A stretch of 44,037 nucleotides of DNA from a virus (lineage: Duplodnaviria; Caudoviricetes). Below the pieces are notes generated by a model. The model saw only the letters and a program-made list of their open reading frames with translations. It was not told where the DNA came from and did no database searches. The stretch covers positions 1 to 44,037 of the IMG/VR virus record IMGVR_UViG_3300046837_000072. One strand, written 5' to 3'. Below, piece after piece: positions 9,492 to 16,528 of the stretch; the first letter of the stretch is position 1; each line of letters starts with the position of its first letter. The translations under genes were made by a program, and so were the position numbers.

Positions 9492-10145
9492 TCAACCTCC
9501 TACGTTGTCGATGGTCATACCGTTGACAGCAACCTCAGCATCACTGTCACCCTTGACAATCGTAATGCGGAGTTCACTATGCGCACCCTTGTTCTCAGCC
9601 ATATCCTTTGGCCGAACGCCTGCACGATCAAGGATGTCAATGTTGGCACGCAGAACATTGCTCTCCTTTTCCCCGTACATAGCAATACGATGCACACTAT
9701 CCAATGCATCGTCTGCATATGCCGCAATCTTCGAAACGAGACGCTTCGACTTCGCGCTGACGAATTCGCTCGCAACGATTTCGAATGTCTCGCTGTACCC
9801 TGGATGCTGCCGCACCTGCCGCACTTCGGCTGGCGTCATCTGCAACATCTCAGCAATGTCGCGATCTGTAATCCCCATAATCGTCAGGGTGAATACGATC
9901 GCGATACCCTTCATGGCTTTCGGTGAGGCTGGCAACTCAGGGACGGCCCGCTTACGTGCCGGTTTGTACTCACTACTCGACTTCACGTGACTCTTCGCTA
10001 CATCATCAAACAAGACCTCAGGAGGAATCGTCTTGCCGTCCGCCGTCACGTAAGGATCGCCCCAAGCTGCCAGCCTCGACTTCGTGGCAAGAGCCCGTCC
10101 AGAACTCTTGCCACGGTACTTCTTTCCGTTTGACTCAAACACCAT
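9492..10145 (-). CDS. Probable terminase small subunit (HTH)
   Basis: HTH-like GITDRDIAEMLQMTPAEVRQVR, a helical middle (ANIDILDRAG) and a C-terminal strand ELRITIV. It lies upstream of TerL. Confidence 0.6.
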   Translation of the reverse strand: MVFESNGKKYRGKSSGRALATKSRLAAWGDPYVTADGKTIPPEVLFDDVAKSHVKSSSEYKPARKRAVPELPASPKAMKGIAIVFTLTIMGITDRDIAEMLQMTPAEVRQVRQHPGYSETFEIVASEFVSAKSKRLVSKIAAYADDALDSVHRIAMYGEKESNVLRANIDILDRAGVRPKDMAENKGAHSELRITIVKGDSDAEVAVNGMTIDNVGG

Positions 10146-10146
10146 G

Positions 10147-10542
10147 TTACCAAGTCCCCAGCGGGTTCCCATCCTTGTTCGTCACTGCATTCGGTCCAAA
10201 CGTCGAACGCTGCGACCACTTCAAGATGTCATTCTTGTACTCGGTCACGTCCGCGGCCGTCGTCGCACGATTAATAAGAGCAATCTGATTGATCGTGCGC
10301 TTGCCGCCAAGCTCGACATTCGGCTCAATACTCGGAAACGTATACGTGGCAGTACCGCCGGGAGCCACACCAGCGGTTGCATTCATAATGGCACGAAGCG
10401 GAAAACCGATCTTCGTGCCAAGTTCGTGAGCCGCATAAGTCCGTCGGCCTTCCCTGCCAAGGATACTGGTCAGCGTCAGTAACCCTGCCGAGTCAGCAAA
10501 CAAACCACCCTTGACCTTCGCCGTAGCTGTGTTCGTTCCCAT
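10147..10542 (-). CDS. Hypothetical (possibly virion) protein
   Basis: 131 aa with an AGGAGG RBS. Confidence 0.75.
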   Translation of the reverse strand: MGTNTATAKVKGGLFADSAGLLTLTSILGREGRRTYAAHELGTKIGFPLRAIMNATAGVAPGGTATYTFPSIEPNVELGGKRTINQIALINRATTAADVTEYKNDILKWSQRSTFGPNAVTNKDGNPLGTW

Positions 10543-10553
10543 GAAACCTCCTG

Positions 10554-10760
10554 TTACGCGCGATTAAGCATAAAGGCGTTCGGCTTGATACCGTTCGCCG
10601 TCCCTTGCATAAAGTTCGGATTGCTGCCAGGTTCACTACGCCCAACGTTCGGCGGTACTAACGCTGCCTTCGCTGTATTGACCGCCACCTGCGCCGCGAC
10701 CTGCACCGAATTCTTCTTATGGACCGCATCCATATCGGCCATGCTCTGATCTTGCGCCAT
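10554..10760 (-). CDS. Hypothetical protein
   Basis: 68 aa; TAATG coupling with the upstream gene. Confidence 0.65.
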   Translation of the reverse strand: MAQDQSMADMDAVHKKNSVQVAAQVAVNTAKAALVPPNVGRSEPGSNPNFMQGTANGIKPNAFMLNRA

Positions 10761-11029
10761 TACATCTGCTCCTGCCGAATGGCTTGCTCGGCATCGATCG
10801 CAGCCTGCTGTTTCTGCAACTGTTCCGCAATGATCGCCGACTTCACTGCGACTTCAGTTTCCTTGTCCCACACACCCTGCGGCATGTCTGCATTCGGATT
10901 GAGTTCCGGCGACCCCGCCGCCCTCCAATTCGCCAGTTTCACCTGGACAATCTCGTGAATCTCGGCCCGCTTCTTCTGTGCATGCCGATCGATGATGTCT
11001 TGCGTCTGATCTGTGGTCGGTCCGGTCAT
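10760..11029 (-). CDS. Hypothetical protein, first gene of the virion operon
   Basis: ATG at 11029 with an AGGAG RBS immediately after the motif A copy at 11041. Confidence 0.7.
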   Translation of the reverse strand: MTGPTTDQTQDIIDRHAQKKRAEIHEIVQVKLANWRAAGSPELNPNADMPQGVWDKETEVAVKSAIIAEQLQKQQAAIDAEQAIRQEQM

Positions 11030-11092
11030 TTCAAGTCTCCTGTTTGAGTCAAACACTTGTCCTCGACTACGATCGGGGACCGGCTGGGAACC

Positions 11093-11142
11093 AAAAAAGA
11101 GTGGGGACCGGATGCATTTGCTGACTCATGCACCCGGTCCCC
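11093..11142 (-). terminator. Intrinsic terminator upstream of the virion operon
   Basis: Minus strand GGGGACCGGGTGCA...TGCATCCGGTCCCC followed by ACTCTTTTTT. Confidence 0.7.
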
Positions 11143-11314
11143 TGTAAAGATGGGCATGGCACGAGGGTAAAAGCAGCGGCCGCGACGCGCTCATTACCCA
11201 CTTCACTGGTCGTCTCAAAAAGCACCCGGCCTCCAGGTACTCAAGACTTCCAAATAGGTGCGCGCTGGAAAGGATTAAAGACACGCGCAGCTATACCATA
11301 CAATCCCATCATTA
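11093..11314 (-). ncRNA. Candidate structured small RNA or late leader (about 220 nt)
   Basis: Lies between a consensus promoter and a terminator. 5' GAUGG..GUAUGGUAU can pair with GUGCCAUGC-CCAUC, enclosing three hairpins. No convincing ORF. Confidence 0.5.
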
Positions 11315-11320
11315 CAACCA

Positions 11321-11350
11321 AATATAGCACATATTCGCGTGCGTGTCAAG
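11321..11350 (-). promoter_or_regulatory. Sigma70-type promoter toward the virion arm
   Basis: CTTGACA-N17-TATATT with TGn extension; fits the rhizobial-type CTTGAC-N17-CTATAT shape. Confidence 0.8.
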
Positions 11351-11366
11351 CATTATTTTCACTAAA

Positions 11367-11381
11367 CTATCAATTTGATAG
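11367..11381. promoter_or_regulatory. Palindrome CTATCAA-T-TTGATAG (operator candidate)
   Basis: Perfect inverted repeat upstream of the 11350 promoter. A related CTATCAAAGTGATAT at 15363-15377 overlaps another promoter. Confidence 0.45.
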
Positions 11382-11439
11382 CACTTTTTTTCAATAAACT
11401 ATCAAAATACACCACAAAATTCACTGTTTGACTCAAACA

Positions 11440-11494
11440 ATACACAAAATACAACCAAAATACAACCTGAATACAACCAAAATACAACCAAAAT
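11440..11494. repeat. 11-bp tandem repeats (AATACAACCAA, about 4 copies) between two motif A copies
   Basis: aatacaaccaa aatacaacctg aatacaaccaa aatacaaccaa, flanked by motif A at 11425 and 11501. Confidence 0.85.
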
Positions 11495-11508
11495 GGGTCG
11501 TGTTTGAC

Positions 11509-11760
11509 TCAAACAGCAGTCGATTTCGACCTTCCAACTATCATTTTGAACCTTTTAACTGCATTTCCGACCACCACACAGTCGTTACAACAGTAATGAT
11601 TCCACTTATCACCCTCTTTAAATGTCCTCCAATGCTCTCGATGCAATGTTTTCACAACATTATTCCAACCACGTGCAGTGCTTGCTGACAACATCTTGTC
11701 GCATCCATCGCATGTAAAAATAACACCACCCTTCCGAGTGCGTTGAGAGTCCAATGTCAT
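11509..11760 (-). CDS. Small Zn-finger-like protein; paralog of 18241..18420
   Basis: CDGC...LHREHWR...WNHYCCNDC with a GGAG RBS, downstream of the 11876 promoter. Confidence 0.75.
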   Translation of the reverse strand: MTLDSQRTRKGGVIFTCDGCDKMLSASTARGWNNVVKTLHREHWRTFKEGDKWNHYCCNDCVVVGNAVKRFKMIVGRSKSTAV

Positions 11761-11845
11761 GATCAACTCCTATTGTGTGAGTCAAACAGCGAATGTGCAT
11801 CACTTGATCTGGCTTCGCTACCCCCGGTGTGCTTTGGACTTACAG

Positions 11846-11876
11846 AGTATAGCAACATTCGAGCGGACCTGTCAAG
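11846..11876 (-). promoter_or_regulatory. Sigma70-type promoter
   Basis: CTTGACA-N18-TATACT. It shares TGAAAATAATGCTTGACA with the 11350 promoter. Confidence 0.75.
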
Positions 11877-11895
11877 CATTATTTTCATATTTGCC

Positions 11896-11912
11896 TGCGA
11901 CATATTGTCGCA
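11896..11912. promoter_or_regulatory. Palindrome TGCGACA-TAT-TGTCGCA (RegR/PrrA-box-like)
   Basis: Related copies at 12211, 12625 and 15319. Three of the four lie shortly upstream of a -35 element. Confidence 0.55.
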
Positions 11913-11949
11913 CCCCAGTGCCCACAGCGCGTAAGCGCGTGACTTATAG

Positions 11950-11964
11950 GTTCACGGTTTGTTC
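11950..11964. promoter_or_regulatory. Alphaproteobacterial LexA-box-like site GTTC-N7-GTTC
   Basis: GTTCACGGTTTGTTC. Confidence 0.55.
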
Positions 11965-12025
11965 TCATTCGCAGGTCGTTCACACTGCTCCACTCTGCAT
12001 AAAGCCACTTCTCTCCACCGGGTTA

Positions 12026-12069
12026 GGGGGTAAGACTCTCCTCGCCGAAGGCACGGATAGTCTTACCCC
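12026..12069. other. Inverted repeat in the control region
   Basis: GGGGTAAGACT...AGTCTTACCCC, 11-bp perfect arms. Confidence 0.6.
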
Positions 12070-12182
12070 ATATAATCCCCCATCAGATATACCCTCCGTA
12101 CCCGGTCTGTTTGACTCACACACCGCATCGTACCGTGCATTCTGCCATTATTCATCGTATTGAGGTTTCGCCGGTGCCGCAT

Positions 12183-12202
12183 CCCCCCCCCCACCCCCCC
12201 CC
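12183..12202. repeat. C10-A-C9 homopolymer tract
   Basis: Seen directly, near the point where the two transcription arms diverge. Confidence 0.9.
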
Positions 12203-12260
12203 AAAGTCAACGCGTCATATTGTCGCAGTTTGGAAAACGGGGGCGAGGGTCGGCGACCGT

Positions 12261-12297
12261 GAACAGAACGAGAACGGAACAAGAACAGATCGGGAAC
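12261..12297. promoter_or_regulatory. Array of GAAC-N7-GAAC (LexA-box-like) sites
   Basis: GAAC at 12261, 12272, 12283, 12294 (11-bp period) plus 12266 and 12277. Confidence 0.55.
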
Positions 12298-12324
12298 CAA
12301 CACGGTTGCATAGGAGCGGAACAG

Positions 12325-12525
12325 GTTGTGTTGTTTGGTTGTTGTTTGATTGTTGTTTGATAATTGCGATTTGGAGCCTCCCTTTGCACGGTGGAGTGTG
12401 CGGTATTTGAGTCAAACAGATAAGGTTTTGGGGATCAGTGCCGACGGCGCGGATCGGCACGGCAAATCATGCACGGCAATGTTTGTTTGATGTTTGATTG
12501 GTGTTTGTTTGGTTGTTGATTGATC
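12325..12525. repeat. TG-rich short repeats (TTGTTTGRTTG-like)
   Basis: ttgtttggttg ttgtttgattg ttgtttgataa at about 12331-12363, with a similar tract at 12480-12525. Confidence 0.7.
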
Positions 12526-12661
12526 ATTGGACGCGTGGGAATGGTTGTTAGGACATTCCGTGCCTTGCGGCGAGGGAAGTCCTATCCCGGAAAAAGGATG
12601 GGCTTTGCGCGAAATGGCTTAGGGTGCGACAATTTGCCACATGTGACAGCTATCATTTCCG

Positions 12662-12690
12662 TTGACTGTGTGTGTCAAACATGCAAAAAT
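12662..12690 (+). promoter_or_regulatory. Possible early promoter with a degenerate motif A in the spacer
   Basis: TTGACT-N17-AAAAAT; the -10 element is weak. Confidence 0.35.
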
Positions 12691-12948
12691 GCTGACTGGT
12701 TAATGAAAGGTTAGGTGATCGACACATGGTCAACGGCTAGGGGCTCGCGGGCAGCGATGACGCCTTTCCCGCGCGTTTCGACGGCTTGTCCGAAAGGACA
12801 TTTCCCACATTGCACGTGCTCTATTGCCTTTCATGGCCTTGCGCGCTGCGGATAGCTGAAACGGTAAATGTGGGCATGTGGCGTTGTTGCATGCAATGGG
12901 TCGCGTGCGGTCTATTGCGGGCAATAACGCCCATCTGGAGTGCGAACT

Positions 12949-13296
12949 ATGTTTAAGAGAATGTCGGTTGTTGTTGCCGTTGCGTTGTGCGTCGCTTGTG
13001 GAGTAGCGAAGTCTCAAGAGATTGCGCCAATCCAAAGCGTAACCGACGCAATGGCGAACAAGTCTACAACGCCGTCATGGCAAGCGATTTGCGGTTACAA
13101 GTGGCGTGCATATCGCGCTGCTACAGGTGCCGCTGGTCGCGACGCTTATTTGGCGTTTATGCGAGCGCCTTCGACTGAGGGCGGTTGTGGTGCGGGAGAA
13201 AACCGGGCCGCGCCGCGCAATGTCGCAAGGTCGCATGACGACGCTATTCGCGCTTATCTTGAAGCCAATCCCTTGAAAGTGCCGCAAGCGCAGTAA
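12949..13296 (+). CDS. Small exported protein (signal peptide, Cys pair)
   Basis: MFKRMSVVVAVALCVACGVAKSQ signal-like start and a CGYKWRAY...FMR...C segment; GGAG RBS. Confidence 0.7.
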   Translation: MFKRMSVVVAVALCVACGVAKSQEIAPIQSVTDAMANKSTTPSWQAICGYKWRAYRAATGAAGRDAYLAFMRAPSTEGGCGAGENRAAPRNVARSHDDAIRAYLEANPLKVPQAQ

Positions 13297-13301
13297 GTAT
13301 C

Positions 13302-13345
13302 AAGGGCACTGTACGGTCATTAGGAGGGCCGTACAGTGCCTTTTC
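13302..13345 (+). terminator. Intrinsic terminator
   Basis: GGGCACTGTACGGTC...GGCCGTACAGTGCC-TTTT. Confidence 0.7.
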
Positions 13346-13418
13346 ACTTGCTGCTAGTGTGGTGGCAAGCCGTTCGCGCAATCGCACGGGCGGTCATTTC
13401 TGGGAAAGGAAATGGGAT

Positions 13419-14486
13419 ATGGTTAAGATAGTGTCGAATAAGGTGGTCGCCGGTAAGGTGGTCACTAAGACGGTCGCGGCAAAAGTCGCGACTAGGGCCG
13501 TTAAGTCTCCGCCGCAAGGCAGGGCCGAAACGGCTGCGGAACGCGCGGCTAACGAAACGACCGGAGGGATTGTGCCACTTAAGAAATCGGCATTGTCGCT
13601 GGACGTTGGGCCGCGCGTTATTCACGCCATGTTCTCGGCTGAAGCGCGCGTCGGACAACTGGTCGAGGAATTGCACACGCTTCGCGGCGTGAAGCGATAC
13701 GAACAATTGTCGGAATTGACGCTGGCGGTTGCCAAAGCCGCTCGCGCCGACGCGTCCATTGATCTTGCCGCAACCTACAGCGGCGATAAGAAGGCAATGG
13801 AGCGCCTGAACGATCAACTCGGCATTGCCCTTGGTTTTCGTGAAATCAAAGGTACTGTTGACCGTAATGGGTTGACTTATGAGGCGGTTGTCACGGCTAA
13901 GGCCGTTGGCGATTGCTTCCCATTGCCGGGAGAAACACGCGATACCGTCAAAAACTTCGACCAGAAAAATACCTTCCGGTCTAATTTTATGACGCAACTC
14001 AAGAAATGCGCACAAGCTGCACATGGTCTGATCGAGCAAAAGATCGAAGCGAAGCTTGATAGCAAGTCAGGTACGCTTTTGATCAGCGGACCGGCCGTCA
14101 AAAAGCATTTCGGACAAGATCGAGTGCTTCTAGACGAACGGCAGACCATCGGAACTGGTGACGCTGCGGTCAAATTGAGCGAAAAGCCTTCGTTTCAGGC
14201 TCTCGCGAACATTGGCGCAGCGACACAAGGTGTCCAGCCTGCGGCGGCAGGTGCGGGAGGTGCGCAGCACAGAGGCAAACAAAGTGGTACTGTTGGCGGA
14301 ACGCTCGCGCAACAGGCCGTTAAGGTCGCAGAAGTGACAGGCAAGGAAAGCCTTGACGCGGCTATCGTGACTATCTGCAAGGCGCTTCGTACTGCGTTGG
14401 AAAAGACGCAGGGTGCTTTGTCAAAGGGTGCCAGTGCTGCACTCGAAGAAACGAAGAACGCAATCGAGGTTAAACTCGCGTCCTAA
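13419..14486 (+). CDS. Hypothetical early protein (355 aa, basic N-terminus)
   Basis: Long Ala/Lys-rich ORF starting MVKIVSNKVVAGKVVTK, bounded by hairpins. Confidence 0.8.
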   Translation: MVKIVSNKVVAGKVVTKTVAAKVATRAVKSPPQGRAETAAERAANETTGGIVPLKKSALSLDVGPRVIHAMFSAEARVGQLVEELHTLRGVKRYEQLSELTLAVAKAARADASIDLAATYSGDKKAMERLNDQLGIALGFREIKGTVDRNGLTYEAVVTAKAVGDCFPLPGETRDTVKNFDQKNTFRSNFMTQLKKCAQAAHGLIEQKIEAKLDSKSGTLLISGPAVKKHFGQDRVLLDERQTIGTGDAAVKLSEKPSFQALANIGAATQGVQPAAAGAGGAQHRGKQSGTVGGTLAQQAVKVAEVTGKESLDAAIVTICKALRTALEKTQGALSKGASAALEETKNAIEVKLAS

Positions 14487-14492
14487 GCGATG

Positions 14493-14532
14493 CGGCCCGG
14501 CATTCGAAAGGATGCCGGGCCGATCCTTGTTT
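14493..14532 (+). terminator. Hairpin/terminator
   Basis: CGGCCCGGCATTC-GAAA-GGATGCCGGGCCG followed by ATCCTTGTTT. Confidence 0.6.
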
Positions 14533-14559
14533 GACTCACACAGAAAATGGAGTGCGACT

Positions 14560-14787
14560 ATGCGACCAATATATGAGATTGCCCAAGAGATAAGGCGGGA
14601 ATGGAAACGGCCCTATTTCGGTGCAATGCCCTACATCGCGGCTATGTATTCATTGCATGGCATCGATGACACCTATGGGGCGGAGAGCGCGGAAAGCATT
14701 GTGCTCTACTTCCTCTCGAATGCAGCGACGTGGCGCGGAGATGTCGCGCGACGTGTGAAGGCCGAACTAAAGGCAATGGTTAAGTAA
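14560..14787 (+). CDS. Small phage protein (75 aa)
   Basis: MRPIYEIAQEIRREWKRPYFGAMPY...YFLSNAATWRG with a GGAGTGCG RBS. It resembles a recurrent phage hypothetical family as I recall it. Confidence 0.8.
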   Translation: MRPIYEIAQEIRREWKRPYFGAMPYIAAMYSLHGIDDTYGAESAESIVLYFLSNAATWRGDVARRVKAELKAMVK

Positions 14788-15043
14788 CCGCATGCAACGC
14801 AACGCCAGGAATAGGGCCGATCCGGTCCTATTCCTGGAGCGGTCTTGTTTGACTCACACAGCGTTCACGGCCTGTTCCGCGCCCAGCCGCTGCCACAATC
14901 TTGCCACATTTCGGCCGTCCCCCCCCCTCTGGGACAGGCGCACCAGATATGGCCGAGGCTTGCCTCTGGGACAGGCGGGGGTACAGGCGCACATGTTTGA
15001 CTCACACACATGTCCTCGCGAAGGCGGGGAAAGGAGCAGGCGC

Positions 15044-15295
15044 ATGAAGGTCGAGTACGAAGTACGTGTGACGGACAAGGACAAGCTGCGATTTGACACC
15101 GATGGACAGGCGCGAGCGTATGCCGCACGGGTCGTTGATGAACGGCCAGAGCTTGACTTTGTGATCATACTTGCATGGGTAGGCGACAAACCTGGACAGC
15201 GGTGGATCGTTCGACGTGCTTGCAAGTGGTGTGGTAGGCTCATTGGGAGTGGGAAATGCAACGAATGTGAGGCATGTACTCGCGAAAGCGGGTAG
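15044..15295 (+). CDS. Hypothetical protein with C-terminal Cys motifs
   Basis: AAGGAG RBS; CKWC...CNEC. Confidence 0.65.
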   Translation: MKVEYEVRVTDKDKLRFDTDGQARAYAARVVDERPELDFVIILAWVGDKPGQRWIVRRACKWCGRLIGSGKCNECEACTRESG

Positions 15296-15350
15296 GGAAT
15301 GGCACTGATTCAGGGGGGTGTGACATATTGTCGCACCCCCTACGATTGTG

Positions 15351-15380
15351 CTTGACAGATTGCTATCAAAGTGATATACT
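15351..15380 (+). promoter_or_regulatory. Sigma70-type promoter
   Basis: CTTGACA-N17-TATACT with TGn extension. Confidence 0.85.
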
Positions 15381-15478
15381 GTTGATCTTGTTTGCACACA
15401 GGGAGATCGGTCCATGGGCTGGTCTGTTTGAGTCACACAGGACAGTAGCCTTGCCCTCGCGAAGGCGGGGGGTTGAGT

Positions 15479-15590
15479 ACCGCCGGTCTGTTGACGACAA
15501 GTCTAACTACCTCCGCTCTAGCTGTTTGCACATGTGGTCATGAACACAGCCCAGCAGCGCAAGGGGATTAGCAGTTGGCAGACCGGCGGT
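15479..15590 (+). ncRNA. Long stem-loop in an untranslated leader (sRNA or processing site)
   Basis: ACCGCCGGTCTGTTGAC pairs with GTTGGCAGACCGGCGGT (17 bp, three G-U pairs on the plus strand). Confidence 0.45.
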
Positions 15591-15647
15591 GAGTGTTTGA
15601 GTCAAACACCATGGCCTCACGGAGGTGGGGCACGATAGGAGTGCAAA

Positions 15648-15836
15648 ATGCGAAACGCAAAGGTTGTTACGATTACGGTAAATCTCGGTGATAACGAGCA
15701 TGAGTTGGATGTGAACATGACGCTGGCTGAACTGCGAGAGATAATTGGCGATCATGGGTTAGGTGAGTGGTCCAGTTTGGTTGTTGTGTTGCTTCCAATG
15801 AAGGAGGGCGAAGATGACAATATTTCCGCACAGTGA
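15648..15836 (+). CDS. Hypothetical protein
   Basis: 62 aa; AGGAGTGCAAAATG start. Confidence 0.7.
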   Translation: MRNAKVVTITVNLGDNEHELDVNMTLAELREIIGDHGLGEWSSLVVVLLPMKEGEDDNISAQ

Positions 15837-16146
15837 AGAGTTCGAGCGTGGTAAGCGCATACGTGATCGGTCAGCAGCAGTCGAGCTTGCGGTTGTGCAA
15901 GCTGAGTTGTTGGCAGGTGAGTTCGGTGGGCGTGGTGAAGTGCGGCACAGTCTGTATTATCGGTTTGTGCAGACTGTGCTACGGATCGGTAAGCATCTGA
16001 AGCTGACAGATGACCAGACCGTAGACTTCGAGAAGAAGATGCGCGATGCGGGAGTGAAGGATACAACCGTCATCGTGACCGGCAAGACCGTATACATCGA
16101 AGGTCACTTCGACCTAGCCAAGCTGCGGAAGGGCGTGATATGGTAA
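15814..16146 (+). CDS. Hypothetical protein
   Basis: 110 aa; AAGGAGG RBS. Confidence 0.7.
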   Translation: MTIFPHSEEFERGKRIRDRSAAVELAVVQAELLAGEFGGRGEVRHSLYYRFVQTVLRIGKHLKLTDDQTVDFEKKMRDAGVKDTTVIVTGKTVYIEGHFDLAKLRKGVIW

Positions 16147-16370
16147 CGGTGACGGTATGTCGAAGAGTGTCGGTGAATGGCCAAGGCTATGCGTACGGTG
16201 GGCGCCAGTACTTCGGTACTGGCGTGCCGCTGTATTATTACGAGTTGTCGGATGGTAGTAGTGGCCACATACGGGCTCATTCACGCGGAAGCGCAATGAG
16301 CAGATTGGCGTTTGACTCAAACAGTGCCGGGTATGACTGGCAAGAGAGGAGTGCAAAATGGCCTACGTAA
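16140..16370 (+). CDS. Hypothetical protein
   Basis: 76 aa (RVSVNGQGYAYGGRQYFGTGVPLYYY), overlapping its neighbours. Confidence 0.6.
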   Translation: MVTVTVCRRVSVNGQGYAYGGRQYFGTGVPLYYYELSDGSSGHIRAHSRGSAMSRLAFDSNSAGYDWQERSAKWPT

Positions 16371-16528
16371 TGTCTGATGCTTTCAAGCAGGGAGTTGAGG
16401 CACGGAAACATGACGTGCCTATGGATGGCAACCCATACGATGAGGGCGAGGGCAGGAAGCATTCTGCTTGGCTCGCGGGCTGGGAAACTGAAGATAGGTT
16501 CATCGTGAAGAACAGGAGTGCAAAGTGA
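16358..16528 (+). CDS. 56-aa Rmf/CrpP-fold-like protein; not in the ORF track
   Basis: My translation: MAYVMSDAFKQGVEARKHDVPMDGNPYDEGEGRKHSAWLAGWETEDRFIVKNRSAK. The AFxxG..NPY..WLxGW pattern is Rmf-like. Confidence 0.6.
   Translation: MAYVMSDAFKQGVEARKHDVPMDGNPYDEGEGRKHSAWLAGWETEDRFIVKNRSAK

Noticed and set aside
12740-12870. Hammerhead ribozyme suggested by GATGA and GAAA segments
   Set aside because: The CUGAUGA core and the required stem arrangement are not present.
13344-14039. 231-aa antisense ORF, and similar long shadow ORFs such as 2328..3053, 20356..21096 and 23380..24159
   Set aside because: They lie opposite well-supported genes, lack convincing RBSs or motifs, and are expected in GC-rich coding DNA.
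12682-14527. Motif-A-free stretch as a special first-injected region
   Set aside because: Gaps of similar or greater size occur elsewhere (30484-32944, 36810-39182), so it is not exceptional.
11060-15650. tRNA genes in the non-coding stretches
   Set aside because: I found no cloverleaf with a T-loop GTTCRA and matching acceptor stem by eye. tRNAscan-SE would settle it.
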